64,000 nt of DNA, taken from NCBI RefSeq assembly GCF_036321535.1, contig NC_087437.1:9612001-9676000 (forward strand), given 5' to 3'. The first letter of the stretch is position 1; each line of letters begins with the position of its first letter. Shown here piece after piece: positions 52,201-64,000 of this stretch. The notes beneath the pieces were generated by a model that saw nothing but the letters and a program-made list of their open reading frames with translations, was not told the origin of the DNA and did not search any database. Both the position numbers and the translations under genes were made by a program. Origin of the DNA: Camelus dromedarius (taxonomy: Eukaryota).

Positions 52201-53099
52201 GTCTAGACACTATACTTAACGGCTGTCTCCGGAATGGCAGGGAAGTCATGCTCTTGTCCACTGAGCTGAACATATCTTTCTGGATCTTTCTTCCTGCCAC
52301 CTCACTGCCTATTTGAGGTTAGATGTGACCATCTGAATTTCTTTCATCAGTGGAAGAAAAGGTCAATTGAGAACATTCAAGAGCGAGAACCTGTAAAAAC
52401 TGGCCTGTAATTTTTTTTTAATCTTCTCATTTTCCCTTCCGCAAAGACCAAACGTTTGTGTTCCAAAAACTGGAGAGACTTTTGTCTGCCCACATCGGGC
52501 TGAGAGCCATGGGACCTTGCAATGGACTTTGCATGAGCTCAAAATAACCCTTTGTGTTAAAACACCAGGGTTTTTGAGGTTGTTTCTGTGGCATAACCTA
52601 GCCCATACTCCTGACATTCATCTTACATGCCAAGCTCCTCACCTGCCTTCATGGCTGGAAAACAGTAGACATTAAAAAAAAATATTCATTGCATTCATAA
52701 AGTTAAACATATATGCATATATGTATATACACATATACATAAAACCCTAGCTTAGTTCAGGTGAACTCTGGGAACAATAGTTTCCCAATTTTTAAGGTGC
52801 AACGGCCACTAAAGTTTTTTAATGTCATTTAGAAAATATTTTGAACATTAGGAAGTCCAAGGAATAGTATAAAAGATTCAGTGAATCTACCACTCAGATT
52901 TAATACAGGTTAACATTCAGTTGACAACATTCCGTTTGACCCATTTTACAGATATTATTGTCTTAAGAAATTACATGACAGGTAAAATTGAAGCTCATTT
53001 TTCTTCCACGAATGTTTGCTGTATATATTTGGTTTTTGGCTGTGTTGTTAAGTGTACATCTGTTTGGGATTCCATGAAGACACAGTGAATTATTCCTTT

Positions 53100-54450
53100 T
53101 CTTAGGACAAAATAACTCCACATTTTGGGTAATACTTTTGTGAAAGTCCATTGTTTCTTATATTAGTGTTGCTAAACAGTGCTCTTTTGGTTAGCAGAGT
53201 TCTTTCCAGTTCTGTTTTGACTTTTCTGTTCATTATCTTTTAGCTGTATCCCTTGTAAAGATATCAAAATTCTACTATTTTGGGTTTCTAATTTCACAAA
53301 TAATTTCTGTCTTATAACTGGAAAATGAATAAAACGAATATTTACTTTGCTTGATTTAGATTGAGTTCTACCATATTTTTTTTGTTATCATTGCTTCTTC
53401 CCCATTTTCCCCATTCCTGATAATCTATTGGATTTATAGATTTTAATTTATTCATCTTTCCCCTTCATATTCATTTGCAGCAAATGAATTCACTTTTTTA
53501 AAAATGCTTTTAGCAGTTGCATTTAATTGTTAAGTTGTACGCTTGGCAACAAAGTCTAACGTTAATAACATATTTCTCCTATTTTCATTTTTATGGCTTT
53601 CTACTATTTTAGCATGCCTTGTTCTTAACAGTCTACCCAAATTAAAATGTTTTTCATTGTACAACCATCTATATTTGGATTTAATTATATGTTCACCTGT
53701 GTGTTGGCACTGAATTTCTCCTTGCATCTAACTTGTTTGTTACAGATTCAATTTATTTCTTATAGAACTACAACTTTGGACTTCTTTCAGTAGAGTTCTC
53801 TGAGTGGAAAATTCAGGGTTTTATCTTGTCTTCACTTCAAATTTCCTATTAAATGATATTAAGCTGGGTATAGAATTTTATAATATTTATTTCCCACTAG
53901 TGCTCTGAAAATAATCTTTCATTAACTTGCGCTTGATATGAATTCAACTGTCAGTCAAATTAATTTTTTGTAGGTAAGTTCAAGTTGTCTTTTTTCTTCT
54001 GCTTTCTTTTAAAATGTTCTCTTCATTTTGATTGTATTTTGAAGATATTCTGCACTGTCAGTTACTCTTTTTAGAACTATGTGTAATTATTGTCTGGGAA
54101 GGATAGATGCCTTTATGTGAACAATTTCAGAAAATCACTGATTAGTTTTTTTCTTTATTGTCTCTTTTTCATTTTATCTCACTATGGGCAGTCTGTCATC
54201 ACATAGATTGTACCTGATCTTTCTAAACTCCATTTCTATTAATGGCCCTTTTAGAATTGTCTTGTTTTATAGCTTTGTAAGTTCTCCTGGTGATTTTCCC
54301 CTGTGTATCTTCCAACAGACTAGTAATTCCTTCTTCAAAATTGTCAAATCTGCCTATTAATTTACCTGTTGAGTTTTAAGTCCCTCTATTGTATTTGCAT
54401 TTGAAATTGTCTGATTAGTTTCTCATTCTCTAATTGAATTACTCCAGTTC
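53100..54450 (-). mobile_element. Ancient L1M fragments
   Basis: T-rich antisense L1 pattern (GCTGGGTATAGAATT, TTGAGTTTTAA). Confidence 0.5.
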
Positions 54451-56539
54451 TCTATCACACCAATAATTTTAGAAGTTACTGTGCAGAGTTTCTTTGAGAG
54501 GGTTCCTGTTGACCCAGTTTTCAGATGTGAGTCCCCGTCCTCCTCGTGTTTGCCTTTTCCCCCTCCTTGTGGTCTATTCATGCGCGCTGAACCTTAATTT
54601 GGGCTGCATTGCTCTGGGGGACCCTGTGTGCCCCAGGTAGAAAGCGTCCCTACAAAGATATCTGACCTTTGCTTTTACAGGGTGGTCAGTTGTTTCGTTG
54701 AATTCGGTGGAGTGTAAATGTTCATTTTTGAAATTACACTCACAATGCACAGGCTGTGTGAATTTGGACTCTATACTTCCAGAGCCCAGGTTTGGAAATG
54801 TAATTTCCACCCACCCCCCTCCCTTACCCACACACACTTACAGCCCAGATAGAAAGCCTCCTGGCCACTTCCAGTTTCATGGGTAGAGTTATTTAAATCC
54901 CCTTTTATGGAGGAACTACCCCTGCAGGGTCCTGACCTCATGCAGGAGCCTCTAGTCACTCTCTCGTTCCCTGTCCATGGGTGCGTAATGGAGTCCCTAG
55001 GATACTGGACCTGTATCTGCTCTGAAATCCTCCAGATTGATGCATGTGCACCTTGTTTCCAGAATAAGAACTTATTTAAGGTCAAATACGTATTCTTTTA
55101 AAATTACTCTTACATTTTCACATATTTTCATCTCTGTGGGCAGAGATGGGAAATTTCATTTTAATGCATTCAGGTAGGTTTAAAACAGGGCATCAATTAT
55201 GTCAAGGACAACTTTAATGTCAAAATAGATGCCTAACTCCCTGACGTAGTAATGGTTGGACTTCTAGCATTTATGAATTCAGGAAAGATGTTAAACAGAA
55301 TTGTGTTTTATTAATCACAGCTACATACACGAGAAACATGAGCATGGCTATACACACCATGATTATTCAGCCAAATTCGAAAGGAAATCTTTTGATATCT
55401 GTATTAATTTCTATGCTCATTACAATAACCAAAAGATTTCTCAGGTACGTGTGATCAACACGTTCAGTGCTACGAACCGTGCACTGTTCTGCTGAATCAT
55501 TTTGGAGACTAAGTTTCTGTTTCAGTGTGTACCCTCCACACAGGACCAGCTGTTATGATCCTAGGCTCTTCTACGTAATCTGTGGCAACTGGCAAAAAGT
55601 GAAAACTGGAGACCCTTTTTACAAATTATTAGGAATTCTAAGACAGGAGGCAGAATGTTACATGCCTTCTGAGCCAGGAGCCCCAGGTGACTGCACAAGT
55701 GACAGGTCCAGGAAGCAGGCTGTGTGTGTGTATCACTCTGCATACTGCTCCCCGCTCCAGTACACCTCATTCATTCATTTATTCAACGTGTTTTTAGTCA
55801 TTTTCCATGTCTCAAGTGCTGTGATAGAAACTGAACAAAAGGCAATGACATCTGGAATTAAATGACGGCGTCTTTTCGGTCTTACTAATCAAATTAAAAT
55901 GAGCAACTCTGTTGATTTTAAAGACAAAATTTCAAAAGTGCCATACAAATATTTACTTTGTATTCCTCGCTATGAATCTTTCACTCATGGGTGCTCAGGA
56001 AAGCCTGACTTCCGTGTACCTATCTCATGATTTGCCACACAAGATGTGATTAGGGATCCTTAAAGTGTGTGCAGAGTTACAGAGCTACTAACAGGCATTA
56101 AGAACATCACAAAAGAGCTCAGCAAGCAAGATCTCCCATAAAAGGAGACTCAGGTGGGAGGGGCAATGCTGGACGCACAGATTTCAAGGATGTTGGTGGT
56201 AGATCTTTTTCTTTTCTTTCTTTAATTTTTTAAGTTGAACTGCACGGGGAACTCAAGACAGAGATAGTTTCTGTGCTCCAGCAGTTTCATCGCAAGAACA
56301 GCTGGAACCTAAATATAGATAAGACTCTAAATGCAGCAGTTAGCATGATTAAGACTCTAGACCTGGGAGCAACCGGAGTTGTGCTAAATTTGGATGCTCC
56401 CCAACCTCAGAGCTTCGGGAGGGGGCAGGGTCAGCAAAGAGACCCACAACACAGACAGGGTCCCAGGTAGTCTAAAGATGGAGACAAAGAAAAGGGACTT
56501 CAGAATAGAGACAATCAACGTTATTCCCAGATTCCAGTG

Positions 56540-56730
56540 TCTTGGGTTTGAGTCAAGCCAACTTGCGTGTTGAACACTGGCTCCATTGCTAACATGGTCT
56601 GTGACTTTGAGCAAGTTGCCTTAATTCTCTCAGCTGCAGTGTCTCGTGTACTTTATGGGAGGATTGAGTCAGATAACCCAGATACAGTTCACAGGTCAAT
56701 GCCAGGTTCATGATAAATATGCAAATACGA
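56540..56730 (+). mobile_element. MIR SINE
   Basis: TGTGACTTTGAGCAAGTTGCCTTAATTCTCTCAGC core. Confidence 0.7.
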
Positions 56731-56836
56731 GTGAAAGCAGGAAGATTCTTTTGGGAATCCCCAACCGACTAGGGGTGCCTGGTAGAATGCAAACAGCTTA
56801 AGAATGCATTTCTTTTTTCAAACATTTCCTCTAACT

Positions 56837-57012
56837 CAGTGTTTTCCACGACTGTCTGCAAATTGGGATCCCATGGGGAGCTTCAGAAATTACTGACGCC
56901 TGTGTCCTTCTCCCTGGGACTGTGACTTCATTAGTCTAGGGTGTGGGCTGGACCCGGAATATTTTAAAAACCCTCAGCTGGCTCTAAAGCACAGAGAAGT
57001 CTGGGAACCCCG
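56837..57012. mobile_element. MER5 (MER5B-like) hAT MITE
   Basis: CAGTG...TGGGGAGCTT...TACTGACGCCTG...TCTAGGGTGTGG...GGGAACC. Flanks CTCTAACT / CTCTGATT. Confidence 0.75.
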
Positions 57013-57174
57013 CTCTGATTTGTTCTGTGAAGTAATGAAGTTCATGAATTCTCAGCCTCAGTTTCCATATTGATGACGTGCAAGGGCGGAGGGAGGCACA
57101 GAGCAAGAACTCTGGGTCTGGTTAACGGCAGCAGGCTGGAAGGCAGAACTCACTGACTGTGAATAGGTTTTAGT

Positions 57175-57350
57175 CACTGACTCTCTCTGCACTGAAGGCA
57201 GCTTAATTTCTCTGTGGTTCAGTTTTCTCATCTATAAATAAGGCATCTAGAGCTGTAACACCCAGAGGGTTGTTATAAAATCTAAATAAGATAACCCATG
57301 CAAAGTTCAATACAGAGGCTAGCACATGGTTCTTCTAAAGACTGTTAGCC
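57175..57350 (+). mobile_element. MIR SINE
   Basis: CTTAATTTCTCTGTGGTTCAGTTTTCTCATCTATAAA...GGGTTGTTAT. Confidence 0.7.
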
Positions 57351-58183
57351 ATCACGATTAGCATCATTTCTAATTCACAGGCATTTCACAATTAAGTATT
57401 GAATGGCTAATTTCACACTCCCATTTCCACCTTGATTCAGTGACTCCAACATTGATTTTATTAAACAGACCCTCCCTAAATTCTAACTTTCTTCACTGAG
57501 GGTTATTCTGTGAACTTTCTGCTCTCGACTCCTCGAAACTTCAGAGAAAACTAGTATCGTTAAGAAGTAACACACTACTCTATGATCCTAGTTCAGCTCA
57601 TGGTACCTAAAACAAATACAACCCACAGAAAATCAACAAAAGAGAAATGACACCTCAAAAATTCCTAAGATCAGCAAATAAACAGCATGTACACGGAGAC
57701 AGCAGACCCTGGATCGTATCAGAAATCTACAGTTCTAGGAAAAAAAAAAAAAAAAAGCCCTAAGCAAACTCAACATTATGGAGTAACTTATTATTATTTT
57801 TTTTAAGAATGAAAGAGGGATAGAAAGCAAATTAGAAAAGAAAAATTTCCAGGAAAACACTTAATTTTTTTAAAAATTACTATTCAAAAATAGGATCTAT
57901 TCTCTCAAAAAACATACGCAAAATAGTCACCAGGAAAAGAAAGTGCATGTTTTCAAGGGTCAAAAGGCCACAGTGGCTTTTTGTTGTTGTTGGTTTTTGC
58001 ATGGAAGGCAGTAATGGATCACACAGTGAGGATCAGGGAAGAGGCCAGACTGAAGATGAAAATGAGGAGAATGGAGGAGGGAAATAAAGAGAAAATAAAA
58101 GCGCACAGCCGTCTGTACCTCAAAAATAGTGTGCATTTCAGCCTGCTCTTTACAAGCATTCCCCCTTCTCTTTATTGGCTTTT

Positions 58184-58893
58184 TAAAAATATATATGTTT
58201 TACTGAAGTATAGTCAGTTTACAATGCTGTGTACATTTCTGGTGTACAGGACAGTGCTTCAGTCATACATGAACATGCATATATTCATTTTCATATTCTT
58301 CTTCACCATAAGGTACTACAAGATACTGAGTGTAGTTCCCTGTGCTATACAGTATGAACTTGTTGTTTATCTATTTCATATATAGTAGTTAGCATCTGCA
58401 AATCTCGAACTCCTATTTTATCCCTTCCCACCCCCTTCTGCCCCTGGTAACCATAAGTTTGCTTTCTACGTAGCCATTATAGAAAACAGTATGGAGATTC
58501 CTCAAAAGACTAAAAATAGACTTACCATATGATCCAGCAATCCCACCCTTGGGCATATATCCAGAGGGAACTCTAATTCAAAAAAATACATGCACCCCAA
58601 TGTTCATAGCAGCACTATTTACAACAGCCACGACATGGAAACAACCTAAATGTCCATCCACAGTTGACTGGATAAAGAAGTTGTGGTGTATCTATACAAT
58701 GGAATACTACTCAGCCATAAAAAAAGAATAAAATAAAGCCATTTGCAGCAATATGGATGGACCTGGAGATTGTCATTCTAAGTGAAGTAAGCCAGAAAGA
58801 GAAAGAAAAACACCACATGACACCATTTATATGTGGAATCTAAACAAAAAAGACAAACGAACTTATTTACAAAACACAAACAGATTCACAGAC
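58184..58893 (-). mobile_element. 5'-inverted (twin-primed) LINE-1 insertion
   Basis: 58184-58470 is an antisense L1 3' end; 58471-58893 is the adjacent upstream L1 segment in sense orientation. TSD T(C/T)TTT(A/C)TTGGCTTTT at 58169-58183 and 58894-58908. Confidence 0.93.
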
Positions 58894-59899
58894 TTTTTCT
58901 TGGCTTTTATTGTTTTTATCTCTCCTACCCATGCCTTGTCTAGGGCATGGTATCATGAACCTTTCAATTAATGCGGTTACATTGAAATAAGATGGTAGAG
59001 AAGTAGCAGAAAGAGGTTGTGAGGGATGAAACAAAAGCAAGAACAGGAGGAAGTAATGGAGGCAACTGAGCCTGGCCAGGACCCACCTCAACTCATTTAC
59101 ACTAGTGCCACCAATTAGCTCCGTCTACTCGGAGGCCGTACCCCTGAAACTCAAAGACCAGGACTGATGGAACCTACTCACAATGGTATTCTCATGCACA
59201 TATCACTTTTATATTAACATTTGAAAGCCCAGCAGCATAGAACTCTAAAAAGGTTCACACTGAGAAACTACATCTGACTTCTCCCTTCAAATTAAAGTTT
59301 TACATCAAAAACCCATCCTCCCTGAGAATAAAATGAAGTCATTTTGACAATGTTTCTTCCCTTTGCCCATTTAGATAAATTACACAGCTGATTCAGGCCA
59401 CAGGCAAATGAAGAGAAGTTGATCAAAACAAACAAACAAAAAGACATTCTACATATGGTTTGAAAGTTAAGAAATGTATTTTATATCAAAATGTTGATTT
59501 GGCGAATTTCAGTAGAAATGACTTTATTCTATCATGGTTTCTGATTTACTGGAGGTTGAGTCAGATGAATCCCATATTGCTGAAAGATTCAATTTATTAT
59601 AGACAGAGGCCAGAAGTAAGGACGCCAAAGAGTACCCTGTAGCTGGCGTGGGGTGAGCTGGCTGCGTGAGGCCAGTGATGCTGAGTTTATGAAGGAACTC
59701 GGTGTCTGTAAGCGCCAAGCACTGCTTAGAACTGATTAAAGAAGTCATTTTCTCAGGTCTAGTGCTTAGATTTTAACCAAGATCTACCAAATTGACTTAC
59801 AAATTAACCAATTCAGTAAGATCAGGGGTGAGGGTAACTGCAGTCAGGTAAGTGGTAACTGACTACAATGGTCAGATTTAAAAACAAAACAACAAGATT

Positions 59900-60140
59900 A
59901 ATAATATCAGCGCTTACCAATACTTACTATATGCTATGGATTGACTTAGGTGCTTTAGATGCAGGAATTTTAATCTTTACGATATGAGGCAGAGATCTAT
60001 TACTGCCCTAATTAAGCAGTTCAGAGTAGAGGCACAGAGAGGTGAGGTAACTTGCCCAGGGTCCCCTGGCTGGTGAACAGTGGAGGGGACATGTGAGCTA
60101 CACCACCCAGTTCTGAAGTCCTTGTCCTCAGCCAGCACAA
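59900..60140 (-). mobile_element. MIR SINE
   Basis: GAGGCACAGAGAGGTGAGGTAACTTGCCCAGGGTC antisense core. Confidence 0.85.
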
Positions 60141-61094
60141 CCAAGGGAAGGAGCCTGAGCTGAAATCCAGAGGTTAAACTCTCATCCAAACAGGGCAGTT
60201 GGATGGGATGAGGTCCAGGCGTGGAGGAGGAACAGGGTGATGTGATGAAGACAGAAGCTGACAGAACCAGGAAATCCTGGGAAGAAAAGGCACGGACTAT
60301 TCATAAAAGACCTCGAGTCATAAGCACGTAGCAGGAGGAGATGTTATCTGACTGTGTTCAGAGAGTCACTCCACTGGGAGGACCACATCCTGGAAGCAAA
60401 AGGTAAACTGAAGTCACTCCACAGCTATTGTCATGGAAACCAAAGTGATCATACCAGAAATAAAACAGATAACACTTTCTTGAACAATTTGTGATCAAGA
60501 AGAAATTAATTTAAAAAAAACATTAAAACTTATTTGACCTGTCTGTATTAGGTTACACCAGAATATCTTTAATACTTACTTCAATACCAAGAAGCATGCC
60601 TAAAAATGCTCTAAATGAAAACTGTAATTACAATCAGGATGTAAGGTTGCTGGTCATCCTGGTTCACCTAGAACTTATTTTAACCCTAAAAATGCTACAT
60701 TCCAGGCAACCCCTTTCTCCAAGCAAACTGAAATGGTTTTCCTGGGGTAACTGGAGGTCCTGCTCCCAGAGAACACTATTAGTCCTGGGTAAACCAGATG
60801 GTTGGTCATTTTATCAAGCTAATACATTAAATTAAAGTTCTAGCATAATTAGCATGAACTGGACCTCAAAAAGGGGGATTTACATGGTTAAAATTATTGA
60901 CAGAGAGACATTTAAAATGAGGAAAAAAGAAGTCAACTTGAATACAGTAAATGGTAAAAATATGTATCATAGATTTAAAACAGTGTGCACCAAAAATAAG
61001 TAGATGATGGAGCCATCAAATGATCTCATAAGCAGTATCCTGGAATGCTAACTCACCCCAGCTTTCTCACTGGCATGCTATTTTCAAAAATACT

Positions 61095-62169
61095 GTAATT
61101 GGCACAAATGCTTTAATTCAAAAATAAATCAATAAATGTTTTTAAAAGTAGCATGAAATACGAATAATCAGGGAAATAAAATATTGCACATTTTAAAGCA
61201 TTCCTTGATATTCCAGGCAAAAGACATTTATATGAGAATTGAATAAAAATAGCTAAAATCAGTGCAGAGACGTGTTGAATTTATCCTTTAGTATGACAGT
61301 ATTGCAAGATTTAGGTGTCAAATACTTTTAAACATATGTCTAATAGGAAAAAATTTAAAACAGTGTCACTTAATCATTTTACAGTGTTTTTAGGTTACCC
61401 AAAAGATTTGCACATAAAGTCAACACTGCAGATTTATATACTGCTGTCTGTGCAAGAAAATCACTGAACATCCAGTAGTCTATTGTTAGCCTGCATCTGG
61501 GTATCAATGAACTGTACAGTGAACATAAAGCGTTCTGGATGGAGTGTGTTAAATCACTTATATCATTTAGTCTGATCTCCATTAAAAAGCAGTCAGGTTG
61601 AAAACGATCAGTAGAGTAAAATATACTAGAAGGCAAGACAGAACTTTCCAACCCTGTCTTCATAGGACCAAATAAGGCCATTTAGATTCGCTTGGAGACA
61701 CAGAGTTGTTCAGCCTTGTTCCCAAGTGCTCATCTAGCAAAATCTCTCCCCATCCCTTTTTTTTTTTTTTTAAAGATATTTTGAATGTTAAGCCAAGTGC
61801 CACATGAAATTCAAGCATAATACCGTTTCAATTAAAAAGTTACTTATCATTTAAAAGCAGAGTGTGACAGGACATGTACAAAAAAGGTGGTATCTTTAAA
61901 ACATTTTAAAATTCATTTTAAAAGGTTGTTTTTTGTTATGAAACACTGTGATCTGAGTCATAAGTATTTGCTAAAGTAACTGTCTTTGAAATGTTATGCT
62001 CATAGTGAAAACATGGCAGAAAGAGAGGAGAGACCGGAGACGTGGCCTGCTCAGCCTCCAGAAAACAGGCCCCCAAACTCCCAACTAAGCAGGCAGACTT
62101 TGGTGGAAGAAGCAATGGGCCAGTGTCATTTCCAAGGGGAGTTTTTTGGAAGAAACAAGCAGTTGTGGT
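61095..62169 (-). other. Putative 3'UTR with ATTAAA signal (61112-61117)
   Basis: Repeat-free and U-rich on the minus strand, with ATTTA motifs, then ATTAAA about 17 nt before a CA and a T-rich downstream run. Confidence 0.4.
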
Positions 62170-62317
62170 TCATTCTAAGATGAAGCATGCAGACAACCAA
62201 ATGATGACCACTCTGCAGAAAAATGAAGAGAATTCTGGCACCCAGGAGGGCTGTGGATCCTGCTGTGTGGCGTGCCGGGCAGCAGAGACATGGAGTTTCC
62301 AGGCGGCTCGCTGATGA
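62170..62317 (-). CDS. Putative last coding exon of an unidentified gene with a hydrophobic C-terminus
   Basis: Acceptor GCTGACTCTCCCTAATCAG|T. Frame reads HQRAAWKLHVSAARHATQQDPQPSWVPEFSSFFCRVVIIWLSACFILE*; locally GC/CpG-richer than the flanks. Confidence 0.35.
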
Positions 62318-62730
62318 CTGATTAGGGAGAGTCAGCATGAACAGTCCCAGGGAAAAGACTCAGCAAAAAAGTTAAAAGCAGAAATAGAAATAGTCAGAGT
62401 GAAATGTTTTTCTAGGCTCTGACACTTAGGATTAAAAAGATATGTTGCCAGCAAGTGGTAGGGTGCCTACCACGGAGACAAAGGCATGCTGCTCCATTAG
62501 GAGCATTTAAAACAACATGCACGAAATGCAATGATGCTCAAAGGTTAGAGAAAAGAATTCAGATAAACAGAAGGAGCCAGATCAGCTGAGGACCCATGGG
62601 TAATGGGAAGCAGATTCATGGAGGAGAAAGTACACAGTTGTCCTCAGGAGTAAACAACAGGGAAGAATACAGAAATAATCACTTTTCCCCAAAGCAGAGA
62701 ACGGTTAATCAACCAAATGACTATATTTTA

Positions 62731-62945
62731 TTATTTTTTTAAACTTTCTTTTTTTAAATTTAATTTTTAAAAAATGGTCTGTTCAACTATTTCATTTTTT
62801 AATAGTTATTTATTATATTTTCATTTTGGGGGGGGAGTGATAATTAGGTTATTTGTTCTTTTAATAGAGGTACAGGGGATTGAACCCAGGACCTCAGGCA
62901 TGCTAGGCATGCACTCTACAACTGAGCTATTCCCTCAGCCCCTTG
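62731..62945 (-). mobile_element. tRNA-derived camelid SINE (Vic-1-like), long-tailed form
   Basis: Antisense A box (CTGAGCTA) and B box (GGGATTGAACCC). Perfect TSD ATGACTATATTTTA at 62717-62730 and 62946-62959. Confidence 0.93.
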
Positions 62946-63439
62946 ATGACTATATTTTAAAGCATGCTGCTAACTGTGAGAGCACAGACACCACCACGTT
63001 TTGGTCCAATGAGAGTAATGATTGGAATGTGTCTTCTATGTATGAAATGGTCCCGTAGGACAAGCAAGAGAGATACATCAACGGACAGGAGTATTGACCT
63101 TTAGAGAAAGTCACAAACCAAGGGAGAATGAAAGAGTGGGAAACAGGTGGATGAGAGAAAAAAGAAGAAAAAGCAGTAGTCATGTGACAAGCAGGGTGTA
63201 TGGGAAATGAAATGAAATTTTGCCTGGAGTTTTTGAAGCCCTAACCGAGAGCCAAGTGTCGGACTAGGATGAGTAGGAACAGCAGGGTGACTCATGCATT
63301 TGAAAGAAGGCGTTTTCTTCACAGACACCGCAAAACATCCAAGAGAGGCAAAACGTGTCAGTGGCAGGCTCCCTAACTTACCTGGGGAGACTCTATAAAT
63401 TATTGGCTTAATTCATGATTCCTGGATCGAATGGCCTCC

Positions 63440-63600
63440 CTTAGAATCCTGGCTGCCCCTCTTGCTGTCTGCATGCCCTTGGACTTGCTGCCTAATTTGT
63501 CCTGACTTCAGTTTCTTGATCATTAAAACAGTAGAGCTGTTCAAGGCGATTAAATGAGATAATACACTGTTGGCATGGAGCCTGGAGCAGAATTAACACT
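63440..63600 (+). mobile_element. MIR SINE
   Basis: GAATCCTGGCTG...CCTTGGAC...CTTCAGTTTCTTGATC...GATTAAATGAGATAAT. Confidence 0.75.
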
Positions 63601-64000
63601 GACAACTATTACTAGTGTTGTTACTGTTGTCATTACTGCCCTAATCCACAGACTGAAGTAAATTTTATTCCACTTAAAGCATGAATTCCAAACACATTCT
63701 TTATTTAGTTTCCTGACAGCTTGATCAATCAAAAGTTTGGTGAAATTAGCATGATGTTGTGGTTTAATTCTAATTCTTTTGATTGTAACCAAAAAAGAAG
63801 TAGTTAATATGCCGATGGCGAGAACTTCAGGTCTAGAAAATAAATGATAAGCATCAGAGATTCCTACATGTTGAACAAAGAAATATATATCCAAGGCTCT
63901 GTAGTTAAACTTGTTTCTTAAATGTACACCCGTTACCCCAAAAGGGGAAGGGAAAAGACAGACCCCAGTTCTTGTCATATCTGAAAGGTAAGAACTCAGA

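Noticed and set aside
7563..63295. Scattered AP-1 heptamers (TGA(C/G)TCA)
   Set aside because: Their number is compatible with chance in 64 kb and they are not clustered.
63550..63978. 142 aa minus-strand ORF
   Set aside because: Runs into a MIR, has no recognisable motif and no clear exon boundaries.

Overview
Eukaryotic, AT-rich mammalian genomic DNA, most likely camelid (camel/alpaca). This is inferred from two tRNA-derived SINEs of the camelid Vic-1 type and a camelid/artiodactyl-type LINE-1 3' end. The window is mostly intergenic or intronic and dominated by transposable elements: a 3.0 kb 5'-truncated L1 with target-site duplication (TSD), a 1.5 kb L1, a twin-primed 5'-inverted L1, several short L1 3' tails with TSDs, four solo LTRs, hAT and mariner MITE fossils, and ancient L1M/HAL1/L2/MIR fragments. 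Repeat family names come from recalled consensus sequences, not from a search. No intact protein-coding gene is supported; the protein-like ORFs in the track are L1 ORF2 fragments. The best non-repeat leads are: a candidate minus-strand terminal exon (about 61095-62317) encoding a hydrophobic GPI-signal/tail-anchor-like C-terminus, with a possible alternative last exon upstream; a decayed protein-like segment split by an L1 insertion (5931-6665) plus a chain of plus-strand exon-like segments; and a few regulatory motifs (triple E-box, CRE, CTCF-like site). I found no convincing evidence of a novel biological system.
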